Part shown: in pieces, positions 10,615-20,422 of the stretch
Layout: the number at the start of each line of letters is the position of its first letter
How positions within the stretch are numbered: position 1 is the stretch's first letter
Source of the DNA: an uncultured delta proteobacterium
Lineage (GTDB): Bacteria; Myxococcota; Myxococcia; Myxococcales; Myxococcaceae
Reading direction: 5' to 3'
Assembly: GCA_963796055.1 (NCBI GenBank)
Contig: CAWCKH010000004.1
Location: forward strand, 1,856,001 to 1,920,000
Length of the DNA: 64,000 bases
The notes under the pieces: model-generated
Database searches by the model: none
What the model was told of the DNA's origin: nothing
What the model saw: only the letters and a program-made list of their open reading frames with translations
Program-made: the position numbers and the translations under genes

Positions 10615-11773
10615 CCTCTGAAGGGGCGGAAGAACTCCCGGATGTCCTGTGCCAGAAGCTCCGGCTCCTCCCAGGCGGCGAAGTGGCCGCCACGCGGCAT
10701 CTCCGTCCACCGACGGACCTCGTACCCGCGCTCCACCCAGCGCCTGGGCGGTGACGGCGCCTCGAGCCGGAAAGCGGGCGAACCCCATCGGCACGCGGAT
10801 CCGCTCACCCGGCCCGAGCTGCAGGGGCGTGAGCTTCGACTCCCGGTAGAGGCGGAGCGATGACGCGGCGGTGTTCGTGACCCAGTACAGCGTCACGTTC
10901 GCCAGCAGCTCGTCGAGCGAGAACCGCGCCTCGACGTCCCCGTCGCAATCGGCCCAGGCGCGGACCTTCTCCAGGATCCACGCCGCCAGTCCCGCCGGAG
11001 AATCGGTCAGCGCGATGCCCAGCGTCCCCGGCCGCGTGGCCTGCACATGCCCGTACGCGCCCTCCTCCTCGGACCAGTCCGCCTTGTCGGAGAGGAACCC
11101 GCGCTCCTCGGCGCTCAGCGTGGCCTCGCCCTCCACCCAGGGCCGGAACGAGCCGGGGATGTAGTTGAGGTGCAGCCCGATCAGGCGCTCCGGCGCATTT
11201 CGCGCCATCCAGGTCGAGATGCCCGCGCCCCAGTCGCCGCCCTGTGCGCCGAATCGTGGATACCCGAGCTGCCCCATCATCTCGATCCACAGGTCGGCCA
11301 CCGCTGCGTTCGACATCCCGGGTGACCTCGGACGCTCCGAGAACCCGTACCCGGGGATCGACGGAACGACCACGTCGAACGCGTCCTGCGCGGACCCCCC
11401 GTGTGCGGCCGGGTCGGCCAGCAGCGGCACGAGCCGGAGCATCTCGAACACCGATCCCGGCCATCCATGGGTGATGACCAGCGGCAGCGGCCTCGGCCCG
11501 CGCCCCTTCATGTGGATGCAGTGGATCGCGCATCCCGTCGACCCGGACCATGAACTGCGGGAACGCGTTCAGCCGGGCCTCGTGGACCCGCCAGTCGAAC
11601 CGGCTCTCCCAGTGGGTCACCACGCGCCGCAGCCAGGCCTGATCGACGCCCTCGCTCCAGCCCACGCCGGCCACCGGCTCGGGCCAGCGCGTCCCGGCGA
11701 GGCGCTCGCGCAGGTCGGCGAGCACCACGTGCGGGACGTTTGCACGGAAGGGCTCCACCGACCCTTGTTCCAT
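10608..11773 (-). pseudogene. Epoxide hydrolase (EHN + alpha/beta fold) with two apparent +1 frameshifts (~11528, ~10767); may be intact in vivo
   Basis: LRERLAGTRWP, HGWPGS, PSIPGYGFS, QGGDWG and GGHFAAWEEP motifs spread over three frames. Confidence 0.85.
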
Positions 11774-11876
11774 ACGGCAAACCGTAGGGCCGAATGCGGG
11801 ACATCACCAGCCCAGTGTGGCTCCGGAGGATCTTCGTCCCTCGAGCGCGGACCCGACCAGCGGGTCCCGGGCGGAG

Positions 11877-13229
11877 TCAGTCGCACATCTCGTGTCCGCA
11901 CGGCGGCTTCGCGGTCGGATCGCAGAGCTGGGCACAGCATTGCCCGATGTCCGTGCAGTGCTGGTGCACGTCCTCGTTGTCGATGCTTGGGCATGCGCGC
12001 CCGCAGACGCCGCAGTTGTTGGGGTCGCTCAGCGGCTTGCAGACCCCGCCGCACGGATCGGGATCGAACCCGGGGTTGCACTTCACGCCGCACTGGTACT
12101 GCTCGGTTCCCGCGTTCAGCGTGCAGGTGGGCACGGCGTTGACGATGGAAACCGTGCAGGGGCCCCGGCCGCCGCAGTTGTTCACCGTCCCGTAGTCCTC
12201 CTCGCAGCCGTCTGCGTCCTGATCGGTCGTGAAGTCGCGACAGCCGTTGCTGCGGTTCTTGCAGTCGTGCCACCGGGGCAGATCGCACTGGTACCGGCAC
12301 TCCCCCCCGGCGCAGGCGGGCGGGGCGCCCGCGGTGTTGAAGCTCGCCGCCAGGGTGCCCGGGCACGTCTTCCCGCACGCCCCGCAGTGGTTCAGGTTGT
12401 CGTCGACGCGGGTCTCGCACCCGTCCGTGTCCGTTCCCTCGGAGGTCTCCGCCCCGCCGTTGCAGTTCAGCCAGGGAGCGGTGCAGGGGAAGGTGCAGCT
12501 GCTGCTCGCGCAGCCCACACCCGTGTTCGCCTTCGGCTGACAGGCCGTCTGGCACGCTCCGCAGTGCTGCGGCGTCTGCAACGAGACGCAGGCGAAGCTC
12601 TCCGGACGCCCGTCCGGCCCCGGGCAACATGCCGGAGTCGCCCCAGAGCAGGGCCCGTTCTCGCCCCCGCACGAGCAGGTCCCGACGCACCGGTTCGTCG
12701 ACGTCCGCGAGCAGGTCTCGTCACAGCCCGGACCGCAGTGGGTGGTGTCGGCCTCGTAGGGCGGGTGGCCCGGGGCGGCGATGCAGGTTCCGAGCCTTCC
12801 GTTCAGGCAGACCCGCGTCCCGGCGATGCACATCGTCGCGTCGGGTACGCCGCACGGGCTGGCCGCCCCCTCCGAGCACGACACACCCAGCCTGAAGGCC
12901 TGCTGCGCGCGCGAGGTGCCGTTCGTGACCTGCACGACGAAATCAGCCGATGGCGAGACCACGTCCAGCGGCCTCCCCTCGAGGAGACCCGTGCTCTCAC
13001 CGATGCTCAGCCAGGTGGCCAGCGACGGGGGTAGCTGCGGCAGACTCCAGGAGAGCGAACCGCTCCCGCCCTGCGCCTGGAGCACCACGTTCCGCTCGCG
13101 GTAGTCCCGTCCCACCACAGCGTCGGGCAACGTCGCCGTCTGGATGCTCAGGTCCTGACCCGGGCCGGGCTCGACCGTCCCGCACGCGGCGAGCAGCGCG
13201 ACCGCCATCCACCGTGCCCCCAGCTTCAT
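11877..13229 (-). CDS. Cys-rich lipoprotein with Ig-like (He_PIG-type) domain and CGxCGxxC repeats
   Basis: Lipobox LAAC; TATLPDAVVG...LSIGESTGLLEGRP; repeated HCGACQTAC, HCGACGKTC, NNCGVCGRAC. Confidence 0.8.
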   Translation of the reverse strand: MKLGARWMAVALLAACGTVEPGPGQDLSIQTATLPDAVVGRDYRERNVVLQAQGGSGSLSWSLPQLPPSLATWLSIGESTGLLEGRPLDVVSPSADFVVQVTNGTSRAQQAFRLGVSCSEGAASPCGVPDATMCIAGTRVCLNGRLGTCIAAPGHPPYEADTTHCGPGCDETCSRTSTNRCVGTCSCGGENGPCSGATPACCPGPDGRPESFACVSLQTPQHCGACQTACQPKANTGVGCASSSCTFPCTAPWLNCNGGAETSEGTDTDGCETRVDDNLNHCGACGKTCPGTLAASFNTAGAPPACAGGECRYQCDLPRWHDCKNRSNGCRDFTTDQDADGCEEDYGTVNNCGGRGPCTVSIVNAVPTCTLNAGTEQYQCGVKCNPGFDPDPCGGVCKPLSDPNNCGVCGRACPSIDNEDVHQHCTDIGQCCAQLCDPTAKPPCGHEMCD

Positions 13230-13243
13230 GGCGCGGCCCCCTC

Positions 13244-13259
13244 TGCATTCCCATTGCCA
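13244..13259 (-). promoter_or_regulatory. Candidate sigma54 -24/-12 promoter TGGCAATGGGAATGCA
   Basis: GG-N10-GC spacing, directly upstream of the 13229 lipoprotein. Confidence 0.4.
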
Positions 13260-13291
13260 AGCGTAGCCCTGCTCGAAAATGCTCTGAAAGC

Positions 13292-13307
13292 TGGAATGTC
13301 GCGTGCA
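13292..13307 (+). promoter_or_regulatory. Candidate sigma54 -24/-12 promoter TGGAATGTCGCGTGCA
   Basis: GG-N10-GC spacing, upstream of the 13383 lipoprotein. Confidence 0.4.
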
Positions 13308-13382
13308 AGATCCCGGAGGCACCGGGCGCCGAGGACCCGGGAACTCCACGGGGTTCGTCCGTGCCGACGGACGGGGGGATGC

Positions 13383-15075
13383 ATGTCGAGACGGATCGCC
13401 GCAGGACTGCTGCTGCTCGCCGGCGCCGGGTGCACGTCCCTCGCCCCGGCGGCTGACTGCGCCAGCTCGGCGTGCCCCGATGGTCAGACCTGCGACCCGC
13501 AGACGCGGCTGTGCGTGGTGGATTCTGAGCCCGCAGATCACCGTGCTTTCACCCAAGGCGGACGCCGCGGTGAAGGATCCGGCCCTCGAGCTGCGGGGAA
13601 CAGTCTCCACCTGGTCCGATGCGACCCTGGTGGGGATGAGCTACCAGCTGGTCGATGCGGGGTCCGCGGGAGGCATTCCGGTCGACGGAGGCCTGTTCTC
13701 GCTCACCGTTCCCTTGCCGCCGCTCGACGGGGAGGACGTGCAGCTGGTCCTGCTCGCCCGTGACAGCCAGAACCGCGAGCGACGCGTCGCGGTGCCGCTC
13801 CGGGTGGACGACGTCCCGCCCCACCCCCGTTTCCTCCCGGCCGACGGCGAGCGCGGGGTCGATGTGCAGCTCACCGTGGATTTCGGCGAGCCGGTCAGCG
13901 GCGCCGGAGTCCCCGTGGTGCTCGTTCCCGGCGGCCCGACGGGGACCTACGACTCGACGCACCAGCGCTACGTCGTCGGCGGCCTCGGTCACGACACCGG
14001 CTACCGCGTCGACGTGGATGCCGGCGTGGTGCTCGATACGCTCGGAAACCCGAACCAGCCGGCCACCGCACGCTTCTGGACGGCCGCGCACCCTGCACAG
14101 ACCGGGACCATCGGCGGGCTGGAATCGGTCGTCTCGTTCGACCTCGCATCGGACGAGGACGGCGTGGTGACGCTCGCCATCGAGACCGCCAGCAAGGTGG
14201 TCTGGGGGTGGTTCAACCCCGCCGACGGACAGTTCGCGCAGCTCACCCTGCTCGATGTCGCCGCTCCGCCCCTCGCTGCTCTTCGCACGAGCACCGCGTT
14301 CCAGGCGGATGGCGGGGACCCGCTACGCATCGCCTCGGTCCTCCAGCGCGATGCGACGGACCGGATCGACGTGCGGACCGGGACCCTGTTCGCGACTCCC
14401 TCCGCGGCTTACGCGATTCCAGCCGGGCCTTCGTGCGCCGAGCCTGCGGCGGCACTCGGCACCGTGGGTCTGGTCAGCTCGACCGGGACGTACACCCGCG
14501 GGCCGTACTCGCTGGGCATCGGCTTCGTCCCCGACCGGCTCGCCGTCCGGTCCGAGCAGTTCTGGGAAGTGGTGGCGACGGACGCCCAGCACCGGTTGCT
14601 CCGGGCGTGGTTCCGCGCCAGCTGCGGCGTGGCCCCGATGGCGGAGATCCACGTCGAGTCGCCGGTGCGGACGGATCTCGCGGACGACCCGAAGTTCTCG
14701 CTGGCGTTGCCCCGTGCCGACCGGAGCCTCCTCGCCTTCGACACCCGGACCGGGACGCGGGTCGAGTCGTGTCGCAGCTGCGAGTCCGTCGCCGACGCGG
14801 GCGTCTGCCCTGCCCCGGTGGATCGGTCGGCGACCGGGGAGCTCACCGTCGCCTCCCGGCACGACGGCGGCCGGGTGCTCGGGGCCAGGAGGAATGCGAG
14901 CAACCTCGTCGAGCTCCTCGAGCGCGATCTCTCCAGCGCCTGTGACTCGCCCTGGGCGGTGCTCGCCACGGCGCCGGACAGTGCCTCCGCGGTGGCCTGG
15001 CAGCCCGCCATGTTCGGGCGCAAGCCGGGACTGGTCTACAGCACGGCGACGGACGTCCGGGTCTACGTTCCTTGA
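13383..15075 (+). CDS. Putative lipoprotein (Cys-rich N-terminus, Ig-like domains) with a frameshift near 13530
   Basis: MSRRIAAGLLLLAGAGC lipobox and CxxxxCPDGQTCD knot in one frame; PQITVLSP...VDFGEPV...DTLGNP Ig-like body in the 13303..15075 frame. Confidence 0.7.
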
Positions 15076-15081
15076 GACACC

Positions 15082-16536
15082 TCAGAACCGCCCGGCGAGC
15101 GCGACGGAGGTGGGCCCGGCGATCACGGCGGTGTTCGAAGCCTTGCCGTCGGTGAGCCAGAGCCAGAGCCCGGTCCCGATCGCGGCCGCGCCGACGGCGT
15201 ACCCCACGTAGGCCAGGGTCTGCTGCGTCTGCGCGTCGCTCCGGTATCCATCGACCGTCGCCACCTGCGAAGGGAGGGGCGCGCTCCCACCCGCATAGGC
15301 CTGGTTGAACTTGGAGGCGGAGTCGTTCGCCTTCAGCTGGAAGATGATCCCCAGGCCCAGCGAGACGGCCCCGGTCGCAGTCAGCGCGATGCCGGTCGGC
15401 GTGCGCCAGGTCCTCGGAGCGGTGGTCTGCACCTGGGTGACGGCCGCAGGAGGCGGGAGCGCGAGGATCGAGGCCTGGCCGGTGGAGGGATTCACCGCCA
15501 CGACGCGCTCGCCAGCCTCGCCGGTGACGACGAAGCGCGCCAGCTCGCCCAGGTCGTCCCCGCCGCTGCGCGCGCTCCCCAGCTGGATGCCGCCCTCCCG
15601 GGTCCGCTGGGCAGTCTGGGCATTGAGCACCGCGGCAGAGAGCCAGCTCGGTCCCGCCGTGGGCCGGTCGAGGCGGAGGACGACCAGCTGGTCCACCTCC
15701 AGCAGCAACGCCAGCTTCAGCGCATTCCCCAGCGGTGTCTCGCGGCCGTCGCGCGGCTGCTGCAGGCACGGGGCGCGCGAGGGCGGAATGGTCTGCTCGA
15801 ACGCCAGGTCGACCCGGAGGCTGGTGTCTTCCCGCAGCGACATCACGTGGGGGAAGGAGAACGCGTCCGGCCGGCCGACCAGGATCTGGTAGGTGCCCGG
15901 GACGAGCTCGAGCGTCGCCGGGGTGTGGCCGAGCGCAAACCCGTCGACGTACACCGCGGCGCCGGGTGGCTGCGACTGCACCGAGAGGCGGAGCTTGCGG
16001 GCGCGGGCCAGCTCGGCGCGCAGCTTGTTGAAGCGCTGGCGAAAGGTGGGCGAGAACGCGTCGGGGCTCATGACGTGGCGTGGGTCCACGCGGAGCACCG
16101 CCCGGAAGGCGTCGTCGGAGGCGTCGCGCCGGCGCTGGGCGCTCAGTGTCATGCCCCGGATGAGCTGGGCATCCCCGAACGTCTTGGCGCGCTCGGGGCC
16201 GGGCGGAAGACGCTCGAGCTCGGCCAGCGTCTGCTCGAGGAGCGAGAGCGAGTCGGGCACGCGGTCGTTGTAGAAGAGGTTCTCGGCGGTCGAGACCTGC
16301 CGGCGGACCTCGTCCAGGGTGTGGGTGGGCGGTGGGCCGACGCGGGCCTGGAACTGCTGCTCGGTCAGGAGCTGCGGTCCGACCCGGTCCGACAGCCGTT
16401 CCTCGAACTGGTGGGCGTACCGGAGAAGGTCGGGGTCGCGGCAGTCACCGAGCGCGACGAGCGCCATCCGTGGGGCCGCCACCGCAGCGGAGGACGCGAG
16501 CACCACACCGAGCAGCCACCCGCGAATCGAGACCAC
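15082..16536 (-). CDS. PEGA-domain/TPR-like envelope protein
   Basis: Signal peptide; helical TPR-like part; LSVQSQPPGAAVYVDGFALGHTP (PEGA); C-terminal hydrophobic hairpin ending AGRF. Confidence 0.82.
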   Translation of the reverse strand: MVSIRGWLLGVVLASSAAVAAPRMALVALGDCRDPDLLRYAHQFEERLSDRVGPQLLTEQQFQARVGPPPTHTLDEVRRQVSTAENLFYNDRVPDSLSLLEQTLAELERLPPGPERAKTFGDAQLIRGMTLSAQRRRDASDDAFRAVLRVDPRHVMSPDAFSPTFRQRFNKLRAELARARKLRLSVQSQPPGAAVYVDGFALGHTPATLELVPGTYQILVGRPDAFSFPHVMSLREDTSLRVDLAFEQTIPPSRAPCLQQPRDGRETPLGNALKLALLLEVDQLVVLRLDRPTAGPSWLSAAVLNAQTAQRTREGGIQLGSARSGGDDLGELARFVVTGEAGERVVAVNPSTGQASILALPPPAAVTQVQTTAPRTWRTPTGIALTATGAVSLGLGIIFQLKANDSASKFNQAYAGGSAPLPSQVATVDGYRSDAQTQQTLAYVGYAVGAAAIGTGLWLWLTDGKASNTAVIAGPTSVALAGRF

Positions 16537-16571
16537 GTCCACCCCCCTCAGCCCGTGACACCTGCACGACC

Positions 16572-16587
16572 TGGCATGCAGCTCGCA
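16572..16587 (+). promoter_or_regulatory. Candidate sigma54 promoter TGGCATGCAGCTCGCA
   Basis: TGGCA with GG-N10-GC spacing upstream of 16665. Confidence 0.35.
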
Positions 16588-16664
16588 AAGCGCCAAGCAA
16601 CGAAAATGCCGGCCCAGCGCGGGCGATGCTATGACCTTTCTCGGCGGATCCGAAGGAGGGGGGC

Positions 16665-17621
16665 GTGAACGGCTTGCGGCGGACAGCGCTATGCGGGTCG
16701 GTGCTGCTGGCCCTGAGCTCCCTGGCTGCTCCGCCGGGCGGGTCTGTTCCGGTGTTGGTTCCGCACCCGCTGGTCGTCGTGGGTGGGAGCGAGGATGACG
16801 CGGCGCGCTTCGGGCCCCAGCTCGACGCCGCGCTCTCCCAGAGGGACGTGCGGGTGGTGGGTCAGCAATGCGCGAGGCAGTTCGTTTCGGCGCGCTCGGG
16901 TGGCAGCTGTGCCGGCGACGAGCGGTGTCTGGCCGAGCTCGCCCGGTCCTGTGGTGGCCAGCGTGCTCTGTACGTGACCGTGTACCCGTTCCGTCCACGG
17001 ATGGTCTTCGTTGGGAAGCTGGTGCGGGCCGACGGGCTTCTCGAGCGGAGCGTCTCGAACCTGGAGGTCACCCGTCCGAAGGGCCGTCTCCGTCCGGAGA
17101 TGATCCGTCCAGGAATCGAGAAGGTGCTGACCGAGGGACTCCACGTGGAGACGCTGGATCTCCAGCCTCTGGTGGCGGCTCCGGCTGCCGGCGCGGTCGA
17201 GACCACGCCGGTGCCCTCCGCGTCCGAGGGGCGGGTCGAGGTGCCGCCCGCCGCGGTGGCTCCGGCGGCGTCGCATGGTCCGTCCGGGCAGCGAATTGCC
17301 GCGTACGCCTGTGTAGGTACCGGGGCGGTGGCCCTCGCGGTGGGGACGGCACTCTTCTTCGGTGCGAAGAGCGACGAGGATGCGTACCGCAAGATGCTGG
17401 ACCCTGACGGGCAGAGGCCGCCGACCCCGGAGGCTGCGGCGGCGCAGGACTCGCTCCGCGGAAAGTCCACGTCGGTGACGATCGCGCTCGTGGTGGGAGC
17501 GGCGCTGGTGGCGACCGGCGTGACGCTGTGGGTTCTGGATGGCAGCAACTCTGAGGGCGCACACGTGGAGCTCCGGCCGGGATTGGGAGGGGGCTCGCTG
17601 GTGATGGCCGGACGGTTCTGA
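16665..17621 (+). CDS. Exported hypothetical protein with C-terminal hydrophobic hairpin
   Basis: Strong RBS AAGGAGG, signal peptide, Cys motif (CAGDERCLAELARSC), Pro/Ala linker, ends SLVMAGRF. Confidence 0.75.
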   Translation: MNGLRRTALCGSVLLALSSLAAPPGGSVPVLVPHPLVVVGGSEDDAARFGPQLDAALSQRDVRVVGQQCARQFVSARSGGSCAGDERCLAELARSCGGQRALYVTVYPFRPRMVFVGKLVRADGLLERSVSNLEVTRPKGRLRPEMIRPGIEKVLTEGLHVETLDLQPLVAAPAAGAVETTPVPSASEGRVEVPPAAVAPAASHGPSGQRIAAYACVGTGAVALAVGTALFFGAKSDEDAYRKMLDPDGQRPPTPEAAAAQDSLRGKSTSVTIALVVGAALVATGVTLWVLDGSNSEGAHVELRPGLGGGSLVMAGRF

Positions 17622-17630
17622 GGAGGAACG

Positions 17631-19464
17631 ATGCGGACTGCAATCTCGACGTCAGGGGTGCTGGCCGCGGTGCTGCTGGTGGGAGCCTGCTTCGATCCCA
17701 CGCGTCCGTGCAGCACGGATGCAGACTGCGTGAACGGGTCGTGCGATCCGGGCACGAAGACCTGCGTGTCGGGTGGAAACCCGAACGACAAGACTCCGCC
17801 CGTGTTCTCGCTCGTGGTGGCGCCTCCGCCCGTGCGGCAGGCCACGGCGACCCTCACGGAGTACGACCCGGGCTCCCCCGACGGCGGTGCGGACGCCTTC
17901 CGTCGCGACGAGAGTCTGTCGGTCACCGTGACGTCCACGGACCACGACGTGGATGCCGGGTCGGTGAAGGTGACCGTGTACGGCGTCTCCGGGAACCTGG
18001 GGACCGGGTTGAACGTGCCGCTCGCCCCGTGCACACCCGGGAGCCCGGAGGCGTCGAATCCATTCTGCAGACTGGGGACGGTGTCCCTCGCACCGCTGCC
18101 GTTCGAGGCGTTCCGGGCGGTGGTCCCGCTGGAGGTCTCGGGGTCGGACCTCAGCAACAACCTCGGGAAGGCCGATGCCGGGGTGAACGTGACGCGGTGG
18201 AAGTGGAGGTACTCGGCGGGCGCGCCGATCTACACGACGCCGGCGATTGCGGACGATGGGACGGTGGTGTTCGGGACGAGTGACGGTGGGAGCGGGAGCC
18301 TGTACGCGCTGACTCCGAGTGGAGCGGAGAAGTGGAAGCCTGTCCAGCTCGGGCCGATAAGGCGAGCCCCAGTGATCGGGGCTCGCGGATGGCGGACCAG
18401 CCAAATTGTTTACGTCGCAACGGCGTCTGCACGACCGGGAACTCTATATGCATGCGACATCCGCGACATGATGGCGCGGACGCGGCATGTCTCAGCAGCG
18501 GCTGGTACTATGGCGCGCCATTCTTGGCCGGCCCCGCGCTTGTCAATCGATTTCCGCAATGGACTCGAAGGAGTCTCGCAGTTGCGAACGGCATGAAGCT
18601 GGCTATACATGCTGCGACCCGGTGCGCAGTTTGCCGGACGCAGCCTGCATCGTAGCCGTCGACACCGTGGCGACGCAGGGTACCTCATTGCGAACCTCGA
18701 TTGCCGGAGACGCGTACGGAGTCTATGTCGCCGGCGCAGACGGAACACGACTTCGCCATTCACGTTCGATGAGACGTCACGGAACTGGCTGAAGAACACC
18801 GAGCTGGCGCGGCGGAACAACGGTGGATCGGCCTCGTGGAGTAATCGGACCTCTTGCCAGTGCCTTGCGTTCATGACGCTGCTGGTCGACCGCTCGACCA
18901 GATGGGTCTTTCGAGTTGCAACGAGGCACCGGCAGGCGTCACCAAGTTAGGACCCGGATGGAGGCTTCAGGTCGATCCGGGCAGGACTGGTCATCGCTTC
19001 GCTCGCAGATCATCTTTCACCGCACGGACCTTGGTTCGCCCACTTTGTGGAGCTCATCGAATCGCCGCGGACATTTTCTCGCAGAGGAACTGGTTCGACC
19101 ATTCCGGAGGCCGCAACGAAGCGTATTCGGTGGTCGGGACGGCGGGTTCCTCTACTTCGCGACCAATGTCGGGACGCTGCAAGCTCGCGCAGGATCTTCG
19201 AGACAGTGCTTGGTCTGCATCTCTAACTTCAGAGGGCGATTAATGTCTTCGCTGGCGCTCGCCGACATGATCGCGAGAGGCAGGCAGCATGCTGGGCACG
19301 TGCTCTCGGGTGTTCTCGTATCTGGGTTCCACGAACGCGGGCAACCTCTTCGCTGTCGATCGTCGACAGCCCAGGTCTCGACCCCACCGCCCCGTGGCCC
19401 AAGTACCAGCACGACGTGCGCAACACCGGGAAACCCCACGACACCGATCCAGTCGTGCCCCTGA
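17631..19464 (+). pseudogene. Lipoprotein with PQQ-like beta-propeller; frame broken repeatedly after ~18350 (probably sequence errors)
   Basis: GAGGAGG RBS, lipobox VGAC, CSTDADC knot, RWKWRY..IYTTPAIADDGTVVFG..LYALTPSGAEKW; terminal APWPKYQHDVRNTG near 19390-19430. Confidence 0.7.
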
Positions 19465-19521
19465 AGCGCCGATCACGGCGATTCGCTTGAACGGCTCGGC
19501 CAGCGGCACTAGCAGCCGGGC

Positions 19522-20421
19522 GTGAGCTTTCACGACGGCGAGCTCCTGGTGCAGCAGCGCGCGGGAGTTCTCGCGGAGGCGAAGCGTGTCGGGCAGATGC
19601 TTCGGCCGGCGATCAGCCCCTCGGTGCGTGCCTTCTTCTCGGAGCGCCGGTTCGTCGTCCTCTCCGCGGCGACCGCCAGCGGCCGCGTCTGGGTGAGCGT
19701 GCTCGCGGGTGCGGCCGGGTTCCTCCAGGTCTCCGAAGACGGGACGCGACTGGACGTCGCGGTCGGTGCCCGGATCGACGACCCCATCGCCCCGGCGATC
19801 TACCCCGGAAACTCGATTGGACTCCTCGGGATCGACTTCGCCGCGCGTCGGCGAAACCGGGTGAACGGAACAGTACGCTCCGACGGCGTCGGCATCTCGA
19901 TCGAGATCCGCGAGGCTTTCGGGAACTGCCCCAAGTACATCCACGCCTACACGCCGCTTCCGGACGGTCCCACGGCGCAGGTCGCCTCGCAGTCCGGAAC
20001 CCGGCTGGACGCGCAGCAGCGGCGCTGGATCGAGCGTGCCGAGACGTTCTTCCTGGGCACCGTGCATCCCGAGGCCGGCGCGGACGCCTCGCACCGCGGA
20101 GGCGCTCCGGGCTTCGTCCGCGTGACCGGCCCGCGCGAGCTCCTCTGGGGCGACTACTCCGGGAACAGGCTCTTCCAGTCGCTGGGCAACGTCGCCGTGC
20201 ATCCGCCCGCGGGGCTGCTCTTCCTCGACCCGAAGACCGGTTCCACCCTGCAGCTCTCGGGCAAGCTGCAGATCGACTGGTCTCCGGAAGCCGCCGCGGC
20301 GATTCCTGGAGCGGAGCGCGTGCTGCGCTTCACCATCGAGCAGATCGTCGAGCGCCCCAGCGCGATTCCCCTCCGCTGGGCGCCCGGCGAGTCCTCGCCG
20401 TTCAATCCGCCGGCGCGCTGA
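19522..20421 (+). CDS. Pyridoxamine 5'-phosphate oxidase-like FMN-binding protein (duplicated domain)
   Basis: FHDGELLVQ, RRRNRVNG, EAFGNCPKYI, DASHRGGAPGFV, DYSGNRLFQSLGN. Confidence 0.88.
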   Translation: MSFHDGELLVQQRAGVLAEAKRVGQMLRPAISPSVRAFFSERRFVVLSAATASGRVWVSVLAGAAGFLQVSEDGTRLDVAVGARIDDPIAPAIYPGNSIGLLGIDFAARRRNRVNGTVRSDGVGISIEIREAFGNCPKYIHAYTPLPDGPTAQVASQSGTRLDAQQRRWIERAETFFLGTVHPEAGADASHRGGAPGFVRVTGPRELLWGDYSGNRLFQSLGNVAVHPPAGLLFLDPKTGSTLQLSGKLQIDWSPEAAAAIPGAERVLRFTIEQIVERPSAIPLRWAPGESSPFNPPAR

Positions 20422-20422
20422 G

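Noticed and set aside
9302..10621. 439-aa ORF as the full-length transposase
   Set aside because: It starts and ends outside the IS ends; the true C-terminus is in the frame ending at 10587
18350..19450. Diversity-generating retroelement variable region
   Set aside because: No reverse transcriptase or template repeat, and damage is indel-type rather than adenine-specific
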